Assembly (NCBI RefSeq): GCF_031769215.1
Contig: NW_026782583.1
Span: 186,001 to 250,000 of the forward strand
DNA: 64,000 bases
Reading direction: 5' to 3'
DNA from: Ylistrum balloti
Lineage: Eukaryota
Made by a program: the position numbers and the translations under genes. The notes beneath the pieces were generated by a model. The model did no database searches. It worked only from the letters and a program-made list of their open reading frames with translations, and was not told the origin of the DNA. Shown piece after piece: positions 25,947 through 39,113 of the stretch. Within the stretch, counting starts at the first letter, position 1. Each line of letters begins with the position of its first letter.

Positions 25947-28900
25947 TCAATCGGCAAATCGTGAGCAAGCTTTCTTCCATTTACACTGAGTGCACCACAT
26001 GTCTCTGTTTTCCATCCCATAAACTTTTCGACATTTTCTGACTTCACTTCGAGGCTTCTTGTGGGAGGAGAAAAGGTGAGATTTCGGAGATTGTGCCTGA
26101 TGCTGCTGCAGACGCTCCTGAGGAGATGGTTTGGACGAACGGACAGAAGGTGACATCTGGAACGGACGTCAAAAATATATATTCACAATTTGCATTGCAT
26201 ATAACAACTTTTAATCAAACTGCATAAAATTCAGGTAAGAAGAGTATAAAAACATATGCAAATATATGTGTACTACGTCATCACTTTCTGTAGAACCATT
26301 TTGAAGTAATTGATAATTCCTTACCGACAACCCAGAAGATGAAGTATTGTTATTTTGCCAGGACAATGATCGTTTGATCTGCGGCATTGTTATTGGAAGA
26401 GAGCCAGACGGTGTCACCGGTTGAAATCCACCAGAGGGCACTGATGAGGCGAACATGTTGCCGACATTTTGTCTGTGTTCCTGCAACATGGAACAATATA
26501 AACATCATTTCAATTTACATCTTTTAATTGTAGATTGTGACGGCATTATACATCAAAAGATTTTTCATTTCTTTTTTAAATATGATATTTTGAAAATAGA
26601 AAACCTGAAACCAACCTTTTTCTGGTAGTCGTGATCAGGTATCGGTCGTCCGAATTCAAATCCTGTCAATTCGGGAGGTGATGACGTACACATATCGGAA
26701 AATTTCTCCGTCACATGATCCATGGTGACCTCGATTTCAGTATAGTAAAATTCTTCTTCGTGGTCAAGAAGATTACTGTCACTTTCTGACAGTCTAAAAT
26801 TAGAAAACGAGACTGTATGTACCTCTTCAGGAAACAGTATGATGTCCACAATCAGAAAACGAATTTCCAAATACATCATCTGATGCTGTGTTTATATAAA
26901 CGGGCCCCCAAATAATTATTCATTTTTATTTATTATTTTCTTCTTCTTTTATATAATGATTCTATTCTACCCTGTTTGGATTCGGACCTGTTGTTTGACT
27001 CATTTTATTATCAAAAAAAAAAAAAAAACCCCAAAAATTACTCTTTCCCAGAATTACCTCCTTTCCTTTCACTCTGTCGGTCCAGATAGTATTGTGATAA
27101 GCTTGACAGCCAATGGGGGCTGAGAATATAGTTACAAGGAAAAGACCAATCGACGAGTGTAGATCTTAAGTATTGAAAACTAACATAGTATCAGGATACT
27201 TACCCAAGATGTGCCGTTCGCACATGAGCCTCAATACTGGATACTGTGTCGTGAATTTTGTTGCATTTCTTCCAAGTACATTTGAACACTGTCTTTTTGT
27301 GACCCTGTAAAACAAAAAAATCACAATTTTAAGAAACTTTTAATTAGAGACCATCCTAATTATTATGTAATTATCAATAAACGACTGTGAAAAGACTTCT
27401 ACGTAACTTACGTCACGTGAATCAACGTTTGTTCTCGTGTTAGGTCTGAAAGTGTGATATCTTTCATAGACTTGTTTATATTTCTAAACAATCATAAAAC
27501 GACATTCACAAAACATATCAAGATATATTCAACCCGGCGTTGTTTAGCCTCTAGATCAAGTTTAACAAATCTTATGTTTGTATTTATCGATATTAGCAAA
27601 GTGGCTAGACTTGCACAAAAATATGTTCTCATATCACTTCTTTGATCCAATGGTATTGCGCTGTATTTGTTTGCGTCCCTTTATGGTATACATAAACATC
27701 GATCCCAATGTACTGAAAATCCAATAAATATTTTCAATCATGTAATTTTAATAATAATCCTTCAATGGTATTGTCAAAAGTCGAATGTACACGCGTGCCT
27801 TCTGGTGAAGTTATACTATATGATAATGATGGTCAGTTTGACAGGTCTCCGTATTTCCAACCTCTTTCTAATTTCAATTTCATATCTATAACACAAAATT
27901 CCTTACTGGCTTTTTTGCATTTTACTTGTCTACTATCAACCTTCTGAACATGTTTTGTCATGTATGGAGAGTGCCGGAAGTTTCCCCGAATGTGTCGGAC
28001 ATCCTCTATCTAGACTGCTCAAATTTTCATGTCGTCAGCGCCAAGATTATAAAGTGCAAGTGACGTTGCGTGCAGTGTTTTCTTAAATTTATTCTTAAAA
28101 ATATTTTGAGGGTTGCTACTGTATATTTAAAATTCCATCAAATGTTGCGAAATCGATTCCTCAATGAAAACACCTCTGAGTTTGTCATGTCGAGTCCAGC
28201 GTTCCATGACAAAGGTTCGTGGATCTACATCTGTAGGGAACAACTGAAGTCTTTTTAACAAGCATAGCTCCATCCAGGTCAACGAGAACCTGTTTTTAGT
28301 GTAGATAACCATTGGTCATAAAAATCTAGTCACTGTTCCTATTAGTTAAAGCACACTAGCTCCCGGCTATCGGTCGAGGTTAAATGATGACGCCCCTCCA
28401 ATACGGTCAGGGCAAGTATGTCCTTGTTTGAGTAGTAAACAATTTACCTATAATTACCAGCATACTGACCACTATGGAGAGGTGGACGTCGTGGTCAATG
28501 ACATGTCAAGCCATAATGGTCAGATTTTATCGATCACTAACAATTAAGAGCGACAATAATCATGGCTATGACACATATAATGAATTTACCAATCTGGTAT
28601 AACTCGAGTTAAATCGTCCGCTGAAAGACCGAGAGGTCGTAATAGTGAACGTAAAACCCGTTAATAAATAAATAAATAAATAAATGGTATAACTCAAATG
28701 GGTTTCTCTCAAATATACCGTAAACAGCAATTTTGATGGTACACCACGGGGATTACATGTTGGATTTTTCATGTTACCAAATTCTTGTCGATTACGATCG
28801 GTTACCTTAGTTACTTTCTGAATTGTTAACAGGAGGATATGCATCAAATTCTGTGTTTTTCGTGTTCAGTTTTGTATATCAATTGATTATGGAATTTATA

Positions 28901-31900
28901 AACTAGACATGCCATCTAAGAAATGTTTTATACACGGTAGCATAATGTAATTATACTCAAGTTTAGAGTTTAAATCGCTAAGTCTCATTCTGTTTCATGA
29001 ACTTTTCCTGTCAGCTGTCTACTGTTGAAATAAATAAAGCATGTCCGCTTTTGCGATTAGATTTCATTAATTCTAATTTGATCAATTGAATTCAAATTAC
29101 AACAAACCATTATTTAAAAGCATACAAAGAAATGCTGTTTAAATCTTGAAATATTAAGGTAATTCTTTTGTCACATACTATAATTCTATGCACTGTACTA
29201 TGTTAAATTGTTTGTAATCTCAAATGAATGAGAAAATAAAGAATATCTATCTATCTTTCCACGTCCTACCAGTAAATCGAACCCCAGTCACTTAAGTAAA
29301 AGGCGACTGCGTTATCATTGAGCCAACCGCCGCTCAATCAATTCCAGCTATCGTCTACATGATTTGGCGGACAACTCGTCCCTTTCCACTTTTTGGTGAT
29401 TTAGAGGACAACTCGACCCGTTCCAAATTTGTCTTTGATTCCACCCTTTTTCTTTGACTGTGAGGCCCCATCATATTTTTCTATGATTTTCGCCCCGTTC
29501 CAAATTTGTCTTTGATTCAGAGGATCACTTGCCCCAATCCACCTTTTTCTTTGACTGTGAAGACAACTCGCCCCACTTCATATTTTTCTATGATTTAGAA
29601 GAAAACTCGCCCCGTTCCAAATTTGTCTTTGATTCAGAGGATCACTTGCCCCAATCCACCTTTTTCTTTGACTGTGAAGACAACTCGCCCCACTTCATAT
29701 TTTTCTATGATTTAGAAGAAAACTCGCCCCGTTCCAAATTTGTCTTTGATTCAGAGGATCACTTGCCCCAATCCACCTTTTTCTTTGACTGTGAAGACAA
29801 CTCGCCCCACTTCATATTTTTCTATGATTTAGAAGAAAACTCGCCCCGTTCCAAATTTGTCTTTGATTCAGAGGATCACTTGCCCCAATCCACCTTTTTC
29901 TTTGACTGTGAAGACAACTCGCCCCACTTCATATTTTTCTATGATTTGGAAGAAAACTTGCCCCGTTCCAAATTTGTCTTTGATTCAGAGGATCACTCGT
30001 CCCGTTTCTCATTTTGCTATTATTTAGAGGATTTCTTTCCTACTTTTAATTTTATGAAGATAAAAAGCGATCGTCACATTTCATCTAGAGTTTTTGCCAA
30101 CTCGGAAAAAAAATATCCTCGTTTTTTTATGAAAGCAATGTATTGTCAGTTACAACAGAATTTTACGTTTGATAGTCTCTCTTTATTTGGACACAACGTG
30201 CGGTTGTTTCATACAACACACCATTATGGTCTGACTCAATATCTTCAGAACAAACTACATCGCGAACATGCATTACACATAATGAGACCGTTATATACCG
30301 CATCGGCCATCTGCAATTCAATGACTCGCAGCTGGGCCATGACGAAACGGTGTATTAATATTATTCATTTCCGCTATTTTAAGAGACACGTAACATTGAT
30401 TGACAGATGAACCTGGGGTCATTTCGCGGATCCTATATATGGACTAGTTTGGTGTGCCATATTATGTATATATTAACATGGAGAGTGGCACGGTTAAGGA
30501 TATATAATTACCAAAGAGACACAAGTCTTATTAACTTGTTTCCGGATTTCACTTTCTTTGTTTAAATATAAAATTTGGTATGAAAAAGATATTTATATAA
30601 AATGAGCTGTTCGAAGTATATCTGTTTTAGAAGACGAAAGTAACTTATGGTTAAGTTAAAATTCATTGTTTGGCTATATATATACTGTATCTGACACTTA
30701 ATCATTTATTGAAATGTGTAATTTATCTGTCACTCAAAACTAGAATTAAATTTATCATGTGAGTACAGCACCGAAGATGCGTCACGTGAATATTGCGTTG
30801 CGTACTGGCAACTAATATAACAACCATGGATCTTATTTCACGATATTTTTTATCGATTAATCTGTCAGTGTTCTGCAAATCGAACATCAATGTAACCTAT
30901 ACATTTTTTTTCGAAGACAGTCTCCGTTTGTTTTCGCCAATAAGAATTTTCCATAAGCTGTTCCTTTGCGGTTGACAACATCTATAAAGGTGCAAGGATA
31001 TATTTTAAAGCTTTACAGACACAATACGTTATACTTGTGTCATGGTGGAGAATATTGCCGATAAAACACATCAATTCACTGTCATACACATGCGAAGCAT
31101 TCATGTATCGCCAGTTTAATGTATAACGTTACCATGAATGCATATATATACAGGTAAATGTATTATGTAGATTTGGCATTTTGCCATATATAGGCCACGT
31201 ACTTTTACTGTCACCAAGATAAAGTTTTCAAATTAATAATGTTTTAAATCCTGTCATATTTATGAGATATTTTTTTCTGTCTTTTGTGTAATATGTAAAC
31301 CAAGGTGTAAAAGATATGTCAGGCACATTGACTAACTGGTTATCTCCCTTGGATGTGTTAACCAAAATTACGCTTACGTGTTCAAATAATGTTTAATGTG
31401 TTTCCGGTAAGCAGGATCCGACAATCGGGAAACATATCTTGTTTACGGAAAGTGATAACAGATCTAACGAAAAAAAAATCCGATAAAATTTCATTTCGAA
31501 TTGATTTCCTATTGTGTTTGGATTTTGTAATATTTTTTTTCATTTCAGTATAAGAAATACGGTCTATATTTTCGTTAATTATTCTGCCATGCTACAATGA
31601 ATCTTTGAATTACTTACATATAATCTTGTGTATGGTTGTCATTCACCTGTACATTATAACAGAAACCCTAATCAGTACCTGTGCAGATATTGTGTCACGA
31701 ATGTTTGTTTAAAGTGTCTTAATGCGTTTAACAATGGCTTCTTAACCCAATTTTAATCCGTCTCTACGAGGAAGCACGGGAGCGAACAATGTCCAGTTAT
31801 CTACTGAGTATTCTCGTGTTCAGTAATATCTTGACATGCCATACCATACAATCTAGATGACTGCCTCTGATCTCTGAAGCTTTTAATACTCAAGAGTTCA

Positions 31901-34900
31901 GTGACCCCCTAAGAATATCTAAGCTAAATCTAGGTCAGTGTGTAAATAGGATAGTACACTGTAGCCTACAATGTGTGGCGGGACCAGAAACGCGAAATAT
32001 TTAGGACGATGTGGAGGGTTAGGGGTATTTACTAAAAAAAACAGTAAATTGTAATGTTTTGGTATTCATATTCGTTATAACTGCTGTAACAAAATAGTTC
32101 AACACTAATATTTATACCCGCTACTAGCCTTCCTGTCTTATGCTGATTACAACTTAATTTAAACTAAAATAAATATGAATTATCGATGTTGTAATCGGTC
32201 GATTTCCGAACAGCCATTTTGACGGTGAAACGACGTCATTTTTGTTGCCACAATAACGAAGTCGTAGGGCGCTTTATGTCATTTACGGTTCTATAAATCG
32301 CACTTCTCTGTGGTTACTGCGTTGGTTACTATGATTTTTTTGTTACGCTTCAAACGTGCAAAAACATCAATAGTATCAAGCTTCATTTGCATGCGTCGTA
32401 CGATAGTAGGTTAGAATTCATATACTGCATACAATCAATTATGATCCGCTGAATACCACAGATACCGGATCGTGTACATATGACACGCGGAAGCGCGTTC
32501 GCACGCGGTGCACGCCTGACTTCATTCATTGGCCATGTAACAAGAAGTATCACATGTTTTTATGACGCAATAAGTCACAAACGCACTCGTGTATGTAGTA
32601 ATATATGTACTTGTTAATATCCGTAAACACGTTTTATTTATAAGGAACACATGCGTGCATGACAATATGCATACGTCTGTATAACTGTACACTACGCACA
32701 TGTTGTCCTAAATAATGGACATGCGCATGTGAAATCTTATGTTATATAACCATAGATAATATTTACATGGAAGGTGGGGGGGGGAGGATCCAGGTTACTA
32801 AGTAACGGTCTGGGTGTCGGTCATCTGTGTAGCATTATCCCTAGCCTAATGACGGCACCTCCTACACGTTAAGTCTTGCGGAGGTGTGAATCTATCACAA
32901 TGTTGGTCACTCGAAGGGACGGGTCTGGTCACTTATGTTATACAACTTAACTTTGTCGTGTCGGCTCTAACATTCCCTGTCCGTAGTCATCGTAGCCAGG
33001 TTGCAATAATTGAGTTAATTTGTTTCTGAAAGCGTTCTTGAAACTGTTTCGGAGCTTTAAAACTTTTAATGTTACCGGCAAATAGATCTATGTATACAAT
33101 GTTCCCGGCAAATAGATCTAGGTATACAATGTTCCCGGCAAATAGATCTATGTATACAATGTTCCCGGCAAATAGATCTAGGTATACAATGTTCCCGGTA
33201 AATAGATCTAGGTATACAATGTTCCCGGCAAACAGATTAAGGTATACAATGTTCCCGGCAAATAGAGGTAGGTATACAATGTTCCCGGCAAATAGATCTA
33301 GATATACAATGTTCCCGGCAAATAGATCTAGGTATACAATGTTCCCGGCAAATAGAGCTAGGCATACAATGTTCCCGTCAAATAGACCGGGAAATAGATC
33401 TAGGTATACAATGTTCCCGGCAATTAGGTATACAATGTTCCCGGCAAATAGATCTAGGTATACAATGTTCCCGGCAAACAGATATAGGTATACAATGTTC
33501 CCGGCAAACAGATTTAGGTACACTCCCTGTTATAGTACTTCATCTAATTATTTTAATTCATCGATGTACAAGAACTGAAAATATCAGTGGCGATGCGATC
33601 CGTATAATAAGTTGTAAAATTATTTTCTGGACAGTGGCAGTGACGATCCGTGACATATGTGGTGTCCGGAGAGGTCAGTTACACCACTGACCGACAACTG
33701 ACCCAATGTGGAAACTTGCCAGCCAAAATAACGGACAGGTAACTTCCCACAGGTATTTCATTAACGGAACTGTCATTAGTACTTGGGCACCTCTTTTATC
33801 GACTCCTTGTAAATAACACACACATGTCCATATATGGTGGATACAATGTAACAATCTATCAGATCCCTATGCGGTGAGATATATACACTGGGACCTGAGA
33901 ACTTGGTCTTGTGGTCCGACCGTGGTTTGGGAATTCGTGCCAAATCCCTGTGGTTGTATAATGTAATCTCCTTCGCCATCCTTCTCATCCAAACCGTCAG
34001 CCAAAACAGGATCCGGAATAGGTTGTGTTATTCAAAGCGACTCTTAGCACACAATGTGTTTTATAATATAATGTAAATACCACGTCCGCAAATAAAGGAA
34101 AGAATGTTGCAAACAAGCGTTGCACTGAGTTACACAAAATACAAAGGGTGGTTTTCAATAACTGGAACAGCGTAAACAATCGGTAGCTAATACACATTCT
34201 TGATTGTTAGCGCTATAAATAGACGCTTTGACAAGCTATCACGTGGTCGCAATGATTGATCTTTACGGGCAATGAACTTGACTCGGGTCAATTTGCCAAC
34301 GTCACCGGCTTAGAAACAACAGTACTGAGCACGTGAAATTCTCCTTTACGCTGATTTCAAATTTCCAGTAGTCATGAATTATAAAACAAATTGGAATTTT
34401 TAAAAGTAAGTCGCCTTTGGACAGTGTGTGTTTACCTACATTTTTACCACTGTTTAGAATATTTAGTGCTAGCGGTTAAATAACGTCAGCATGACCTGCG
34501 CTATAAATAGACACATCAGCTAGCGATCAGCTGTTGGAAGTAGGTCACGACAGAATGTATATATCTAATACCCACAGGAGTGTAATAAGCATAAACAAAT
34601 TAGTATACATACACCTGCATTCTAACTTACCTGTACAAACCAGTACTTTTCAACCATGACTATTGAATATGGCTTATTATTCAGCACAGATTACATGTAT
34701 AACAACTTTGTCTACCGTCTTTTAAGGTCGATGTTCTGTTTATTTTGATACGGAGGTTCAAAGTCTACTCTTTGTTTTGAATCTATTGTTCAGATGTACA
34801 CTATAGCTACAGGCTGTTTTTGGCGTCTATTTTGACCTCTATCACTAATGTGTATTATAAAACTACACATTGTTAAAATATTTCCAGATTTGATTTAGAA

Positions 34901-37900
34901 AGAATTCAGTTCTATGTCCAAAATAACGTTATGTCCGTCCTTAATAAAATGTCTGGTTTAGAAGACATAAAGGTCATAATCTTTGTCATCATCGCTTACT
35001 TGAATTTTTTTTTTATTTCTCACAATACTGAACGCGGTGTGGACTCTTAGTCCGAGACCGATGAACTTGTCTGTCCGACCGTCCGAAAGTCTAAGTACGG
35101 GCAGGTTTTTTTCCAGCACATAAACAAAGGAATGTTTACCTGTGGACGTATACATTTTTATGTCTATCTACGTAGCAACAAATTAGTTTCTATTCCGCCT
35201 CTGAGCAACGAACCCGGTGGATGTTTACAGAATCTCCGAAATCTGCTTACCATGCAGTACATACAACACTCTGGTAACTGTACGCTCTCAGTGGGCTTTA
35301 CTATAATATGATGACACAGCGGAATCTATTCCGGCTAATACACAACATAGCTTCCTCTCGATGTATGTCATTATGATCACTTATCAAACTGTTAAAATGC
35401 AAATTTATCATCGCCAGCAGTTCGTAACTAATAAATGTAGACGTCACAGATGCTCAGGTCACCTGTTATAACAGATCGCGTATTTAAAAAAAATTTCAAA
35501 ACCTGCTGATGTATATGATTACAAGATCAATTTATTTTAATGGAAATATGGTTTTACCCTTGAACAAAAAAAAAAAAAAAAAACTAGTAAGGCCTACCTC
35601 GTATCCATGACTTTCAACCCTCTTTCTTTTCGGTTCCATATTTTCCACATCGTCATATTCATCGTCGTTTTCTTCCAGCACAACACCGTCATCTTTCGGA
35701 TAGGATCCAAAAAACCAGCTCCCTGACGCTGCCGGAGCGCTTTCGCTGAGATTGCTGGAGAGGGGAGGGGAGGGGTCACTCCTTTCAGAATGGAATCCAC
35801 TACTTGCCACACTGCTGGACAAGGGAGCGGGGCTCTTGTTGGTCAGATCTTGCAATCATAAACGTTGTACAACGTGGTCAGTTTTATATTTTCATTTCAA
35901 AGCAAACCTTTCGACCAACCAATTGGTAAGAACTAATACATATATATAAAAGGATACATTTCTCTGTTTACTGAAGAAGATACATGAAATTGCTTGCAAG
36001 TCATGTAGATATTATATATATATAAATCATTGAACTTTAAACAATACAGCCGAATTTGTTTACAAATGGGACATATTTACAAGATAATAATATAAAAATA
36101 TTTATGTATTTAATAAAATAAAACACCTGTTAATTGTGACATCTGAAATTTGGGAGATTGTGGGCTACAAGACAGGCTCGTGAGAACCATTGCCGCTATC
36201 GTCTCATCCATCATCTCTACGTCATTTTCTTCTGTTTGAACGTTGTCTTTTTCCTCGTCGTCAATACTTGGTCGACGATAACGCCTGGATAAGAAAACAA
36301 GAATTGTCTTAAAGAATTCAGTGGTACAGATAGAGGGTCCGTTAATCGTATGTTAGGCCGATGGCCGGCTCAGCCGCTATCACGTGCCTAATTACCTTGG
36401 ATTAATAACTGGTCCAGACCGGCATACTGACCCCAAACCGTTGGGTTTTAGTCAAAGGTTCAGTTTTATCCTACCAAAGTCTAATCGTCTATGACCTTTT
36501 ATGCACTGTTCAGTGACAGGAAAACGTATTTTAAGCAATAAATTATACTCGGATCCTAATCGATTGTGACGTCACATAGTTATGAACTGCGTGGTGACGT
36601 CAATATCATTTTAACTTTTTATTGATAATCTCGGAATTCAGTGAGGTTTCTACCATTAGACCTACTGTTCATTACATATAGTTAGAAGTGTGCTACCGGA
36701 CAGTAACCGACTACTGAAGTACATGTATTTTCTTCTTACTCGCTCACTTCCAAGCAACCGCAATCTCGGTATTTGATTCAATGTGTAAATAACACACAAA
36801 ATGAAAGCGTTACTCCCCAATCCACACACTCTCTCTCACTCCCATATAAATCATAGAAACAAAATGTGATATAGACACGTCGGAGTGTCTGAAACGACAC
36901 TTGAAATGAAACCGATTTAAATCACAATGTTGAATAACGATCAATTTCATTCAATCAGCTATTGTCAGAGGTTAAAGGTCAAGCTGACAATTAACTTCAA
37001 ATGAGCATAATACAAAAATTGATTAAAGAGTCGTACATACATGTATACAGGTTAACTAATAAGGTCACAAGTCCAAACCTGTTGGCCGAAAGAGTTAAGA
37101 CAACTTCAGTACAAGACATTAGCTACAACACCATATCATATGCCTTTCCAGTACTCCATAATCACTCATAAACAACAGTATTTTGATCTAACCATCTTAC
37201 CGTCTAGTAAGGCGAGTCAAACTGTATACCGTTCGGATGTGACGTACAATTTTCTTTTTTCTCTTCCTCGAGTATATTTTCCCGTCATTTTCATTAGAAT
37301 GATGGTTTGTTTGACAAAAACGACATTCCCGGCAACCAAGATACATGTTCCGTTTGTACTTTTCGTGGTATCCAAAAATTCAAGAACTATATTTCACCGA
37401 TAATATTTCAATACTTCCTGGAAATAACGTTTCCCACTTTTTTTTAAATTAGGAAATTTGAAAATGTGTATTTTCTCTATACTGACTAATCACTCACAAA
37501 GTACGTATGTGCGCTGTTAGTACAATTTGATCACTAGGGAAGTACGTGCCGGCCGGTGTCTATTTATAGTACCGATGTAACTAACCGGCCAGAGGTTTCA
37601 CCATACACCGTAACTTATGTCATTGATTTTACCTGGATATTCACGTGTATATAAATACAGGTAAAAGGCCTTTGAAGAGGAGTGCAATAACATGATATAT
37701 ATAATAAATATGCAATATAAATGACAGTTAAATGGAAAGTAGGGTTATCCATCTATAGATTTTAAAATAAAGATTTTTAGAAAAGTTTATAAATAGTGAC
37801 TTACTGTGACTTGGACGGGACATCTATGACGTGAGATACAGTTCTTTTTTTGTCTCCCTGCACATTTAAATCTGCAAGTTTTGAATAATCAGTCGCCTGG

Positions 37901-38316
37901 TCCACCAATCTCGCCGATTTCCTACTTTCCATCAGACGGAGATCATCAATTTTCCGGATAAGCTCAATCCCGTCCCCGCTCTGTGTTGGAACAATGATGA
38001 TGACCTCGTCCTGTGTACGATTATGTTCAGCTACAGAGCCCTGTACCTCCCGCCCGTTTAACGTCAGATACACTTTTTGGCCGTGCTTCAGCGTGATGGA
38101 CGAGATGTTGCTAAATCCTGGTCCCACAATGTCACTCACGTTAACTTCCCTCTGGAAACCGTCATCAAATCGGACTGTATACTTTGGCTCTCTGTGTAAA
38201 TCCCCTTCAGCTGGGTGATTCTGAATGGTGCCAGGGTAATATCGGCCATCTTGCCAAGCGGCACAAATTTTTGTGCCTATAATTGAGCGTTTTGCCAGTC
38301 GCCGATTTCCAAACAT
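25947..38316 (-). CDS. ZNF704: ZNF704/ZNF395/SLC2A4RG (Glut4EF)-family transcription factor with DUF4772, C2H2 finger and C-terminal C-clamp (about 521 aa)
   Basis: Exons 38316-37805, 36284-36127, 35848-35598, 27304-27204, 26793-26616, 26480-26325, 26156-25947; phases 2,1,0,2,0,0 consistent. Motifs [46 protein letters not shown].....[49 protein letters not shown]. The symbol marks the family; this is probably a co-ortholog of the three vertebrate genes. Confidence 0.92.
29400..30000. repeat. 117-bp higher-order repeat (3 x 39-bp subunits), 4 full copies plus degenerate flanks
   Basis: Units start at 29520, 29637, 29754, 29871. Subunits begin gaggatcacttgcccc / gaagacaactcgcccc / gaagaaaactcgcccc. 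Lies in intron 3 of the ZNF gene. Confidence 0.95.
33065..33522. repeat. 30-bp minisatellite, about 15 copies
   Basis: tatacaatgttcccggcaaatagatctagg repeated with variants; explains ORFs 32987-33523 and 33069-33578. Confidence 0.95.
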
Positions 38317-38399
38317 CTTGATTAAGTCACATCAAGAACATCCAGAGATAAAGTTCACAAAGTTTCACATCAAACTGTTAAGTAATTATACTACATAAG

Positions 38400-39113
38400 C
38401 TCCACAAAAATCAGCTGGTCGACGTAAACATATGCCGGTATATTGCGCCGGTTTGTTTTGGTGCTAGGGTAGGCGGAGCTAATTTTCCGGTATCAACAAA
38501 ACCTCGTGATTGCTATCACTGCATTCATTGGCTAGTGGTGACACACCTCCGTGTTTCCATTTGCTGACGGAGTTTTCTGCCAAGGTCACGGTCGGTGATA
38601 TTTTTGACAATTTATGGATCACACCAAATAGATCAACTTTTTGATATTTTCATGTATACAAATCTCTTAAGTATGTTTCGAAACATCAAAATCTTCAAAC
38701 GCCGATAAAAAATCACGTCTAAATCACAGAGATTTGATAAAAATATTCGCTGTTGACTGCGAGGCGAATCTGTCAATCAAAAAAGTTGCATCACAATGTT
38801 TATGGAGAGTGTGACTTAGATATGTCCACCCTTCAATAAACGGATAGCATTAAGTCATCTTAATTATTTAGCCTTCTTATGACTATCTTCATTTACTATC
38901 CACTGAAATAATTTATAAATTAAACATGATGATCATGTAACTTACTTGCTTTTCCACAATCAATCTAGAAATATGCCAGTAAATGTATACTGCTAAGGGG
39001 GTATTGATAGTAAATGGAACAGCAATTGTTTATATCGCCCTAAATGCGGTTGCCCACGTGACAACTGTCAAACTCAGAGAATGTAAGCAAATCCCACAAT
39101 GCATTTATACAAA
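38400..39113. promoter_or_regulatory. Putative bidirectional promoter between the ZNF704-like and CULT genes
   Basis: Divergent ATGs at 38316 and 39114. GC-box-like aggcggag (about 38471-38478), ATTGG (about 38527), E-box CACGTGAC (39055-39062). Confidence 0.55.

Noticed and set aside
29459-29472. 14-bp match (tgtgaggccccatc) to the EndoU satellite core at the edge of the 117-bp repeat
   Set aside because: It can be explained as a deletion-scrambled subunit of the local repeat; no extended similarity.
29529-30410. 293-aa ORF
   Set aside because: It is the 117-bp repeat running into AT-rich intron sequence, antisense within the ZNF gene intron.
32390-32740. Purine-pyrimidine alternating, CpG-rich stretch (Z-DNA or NRF1-like catgcgcatg)
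   Set aside because: The alternating runs are short and interrupted; there is no defined structure.
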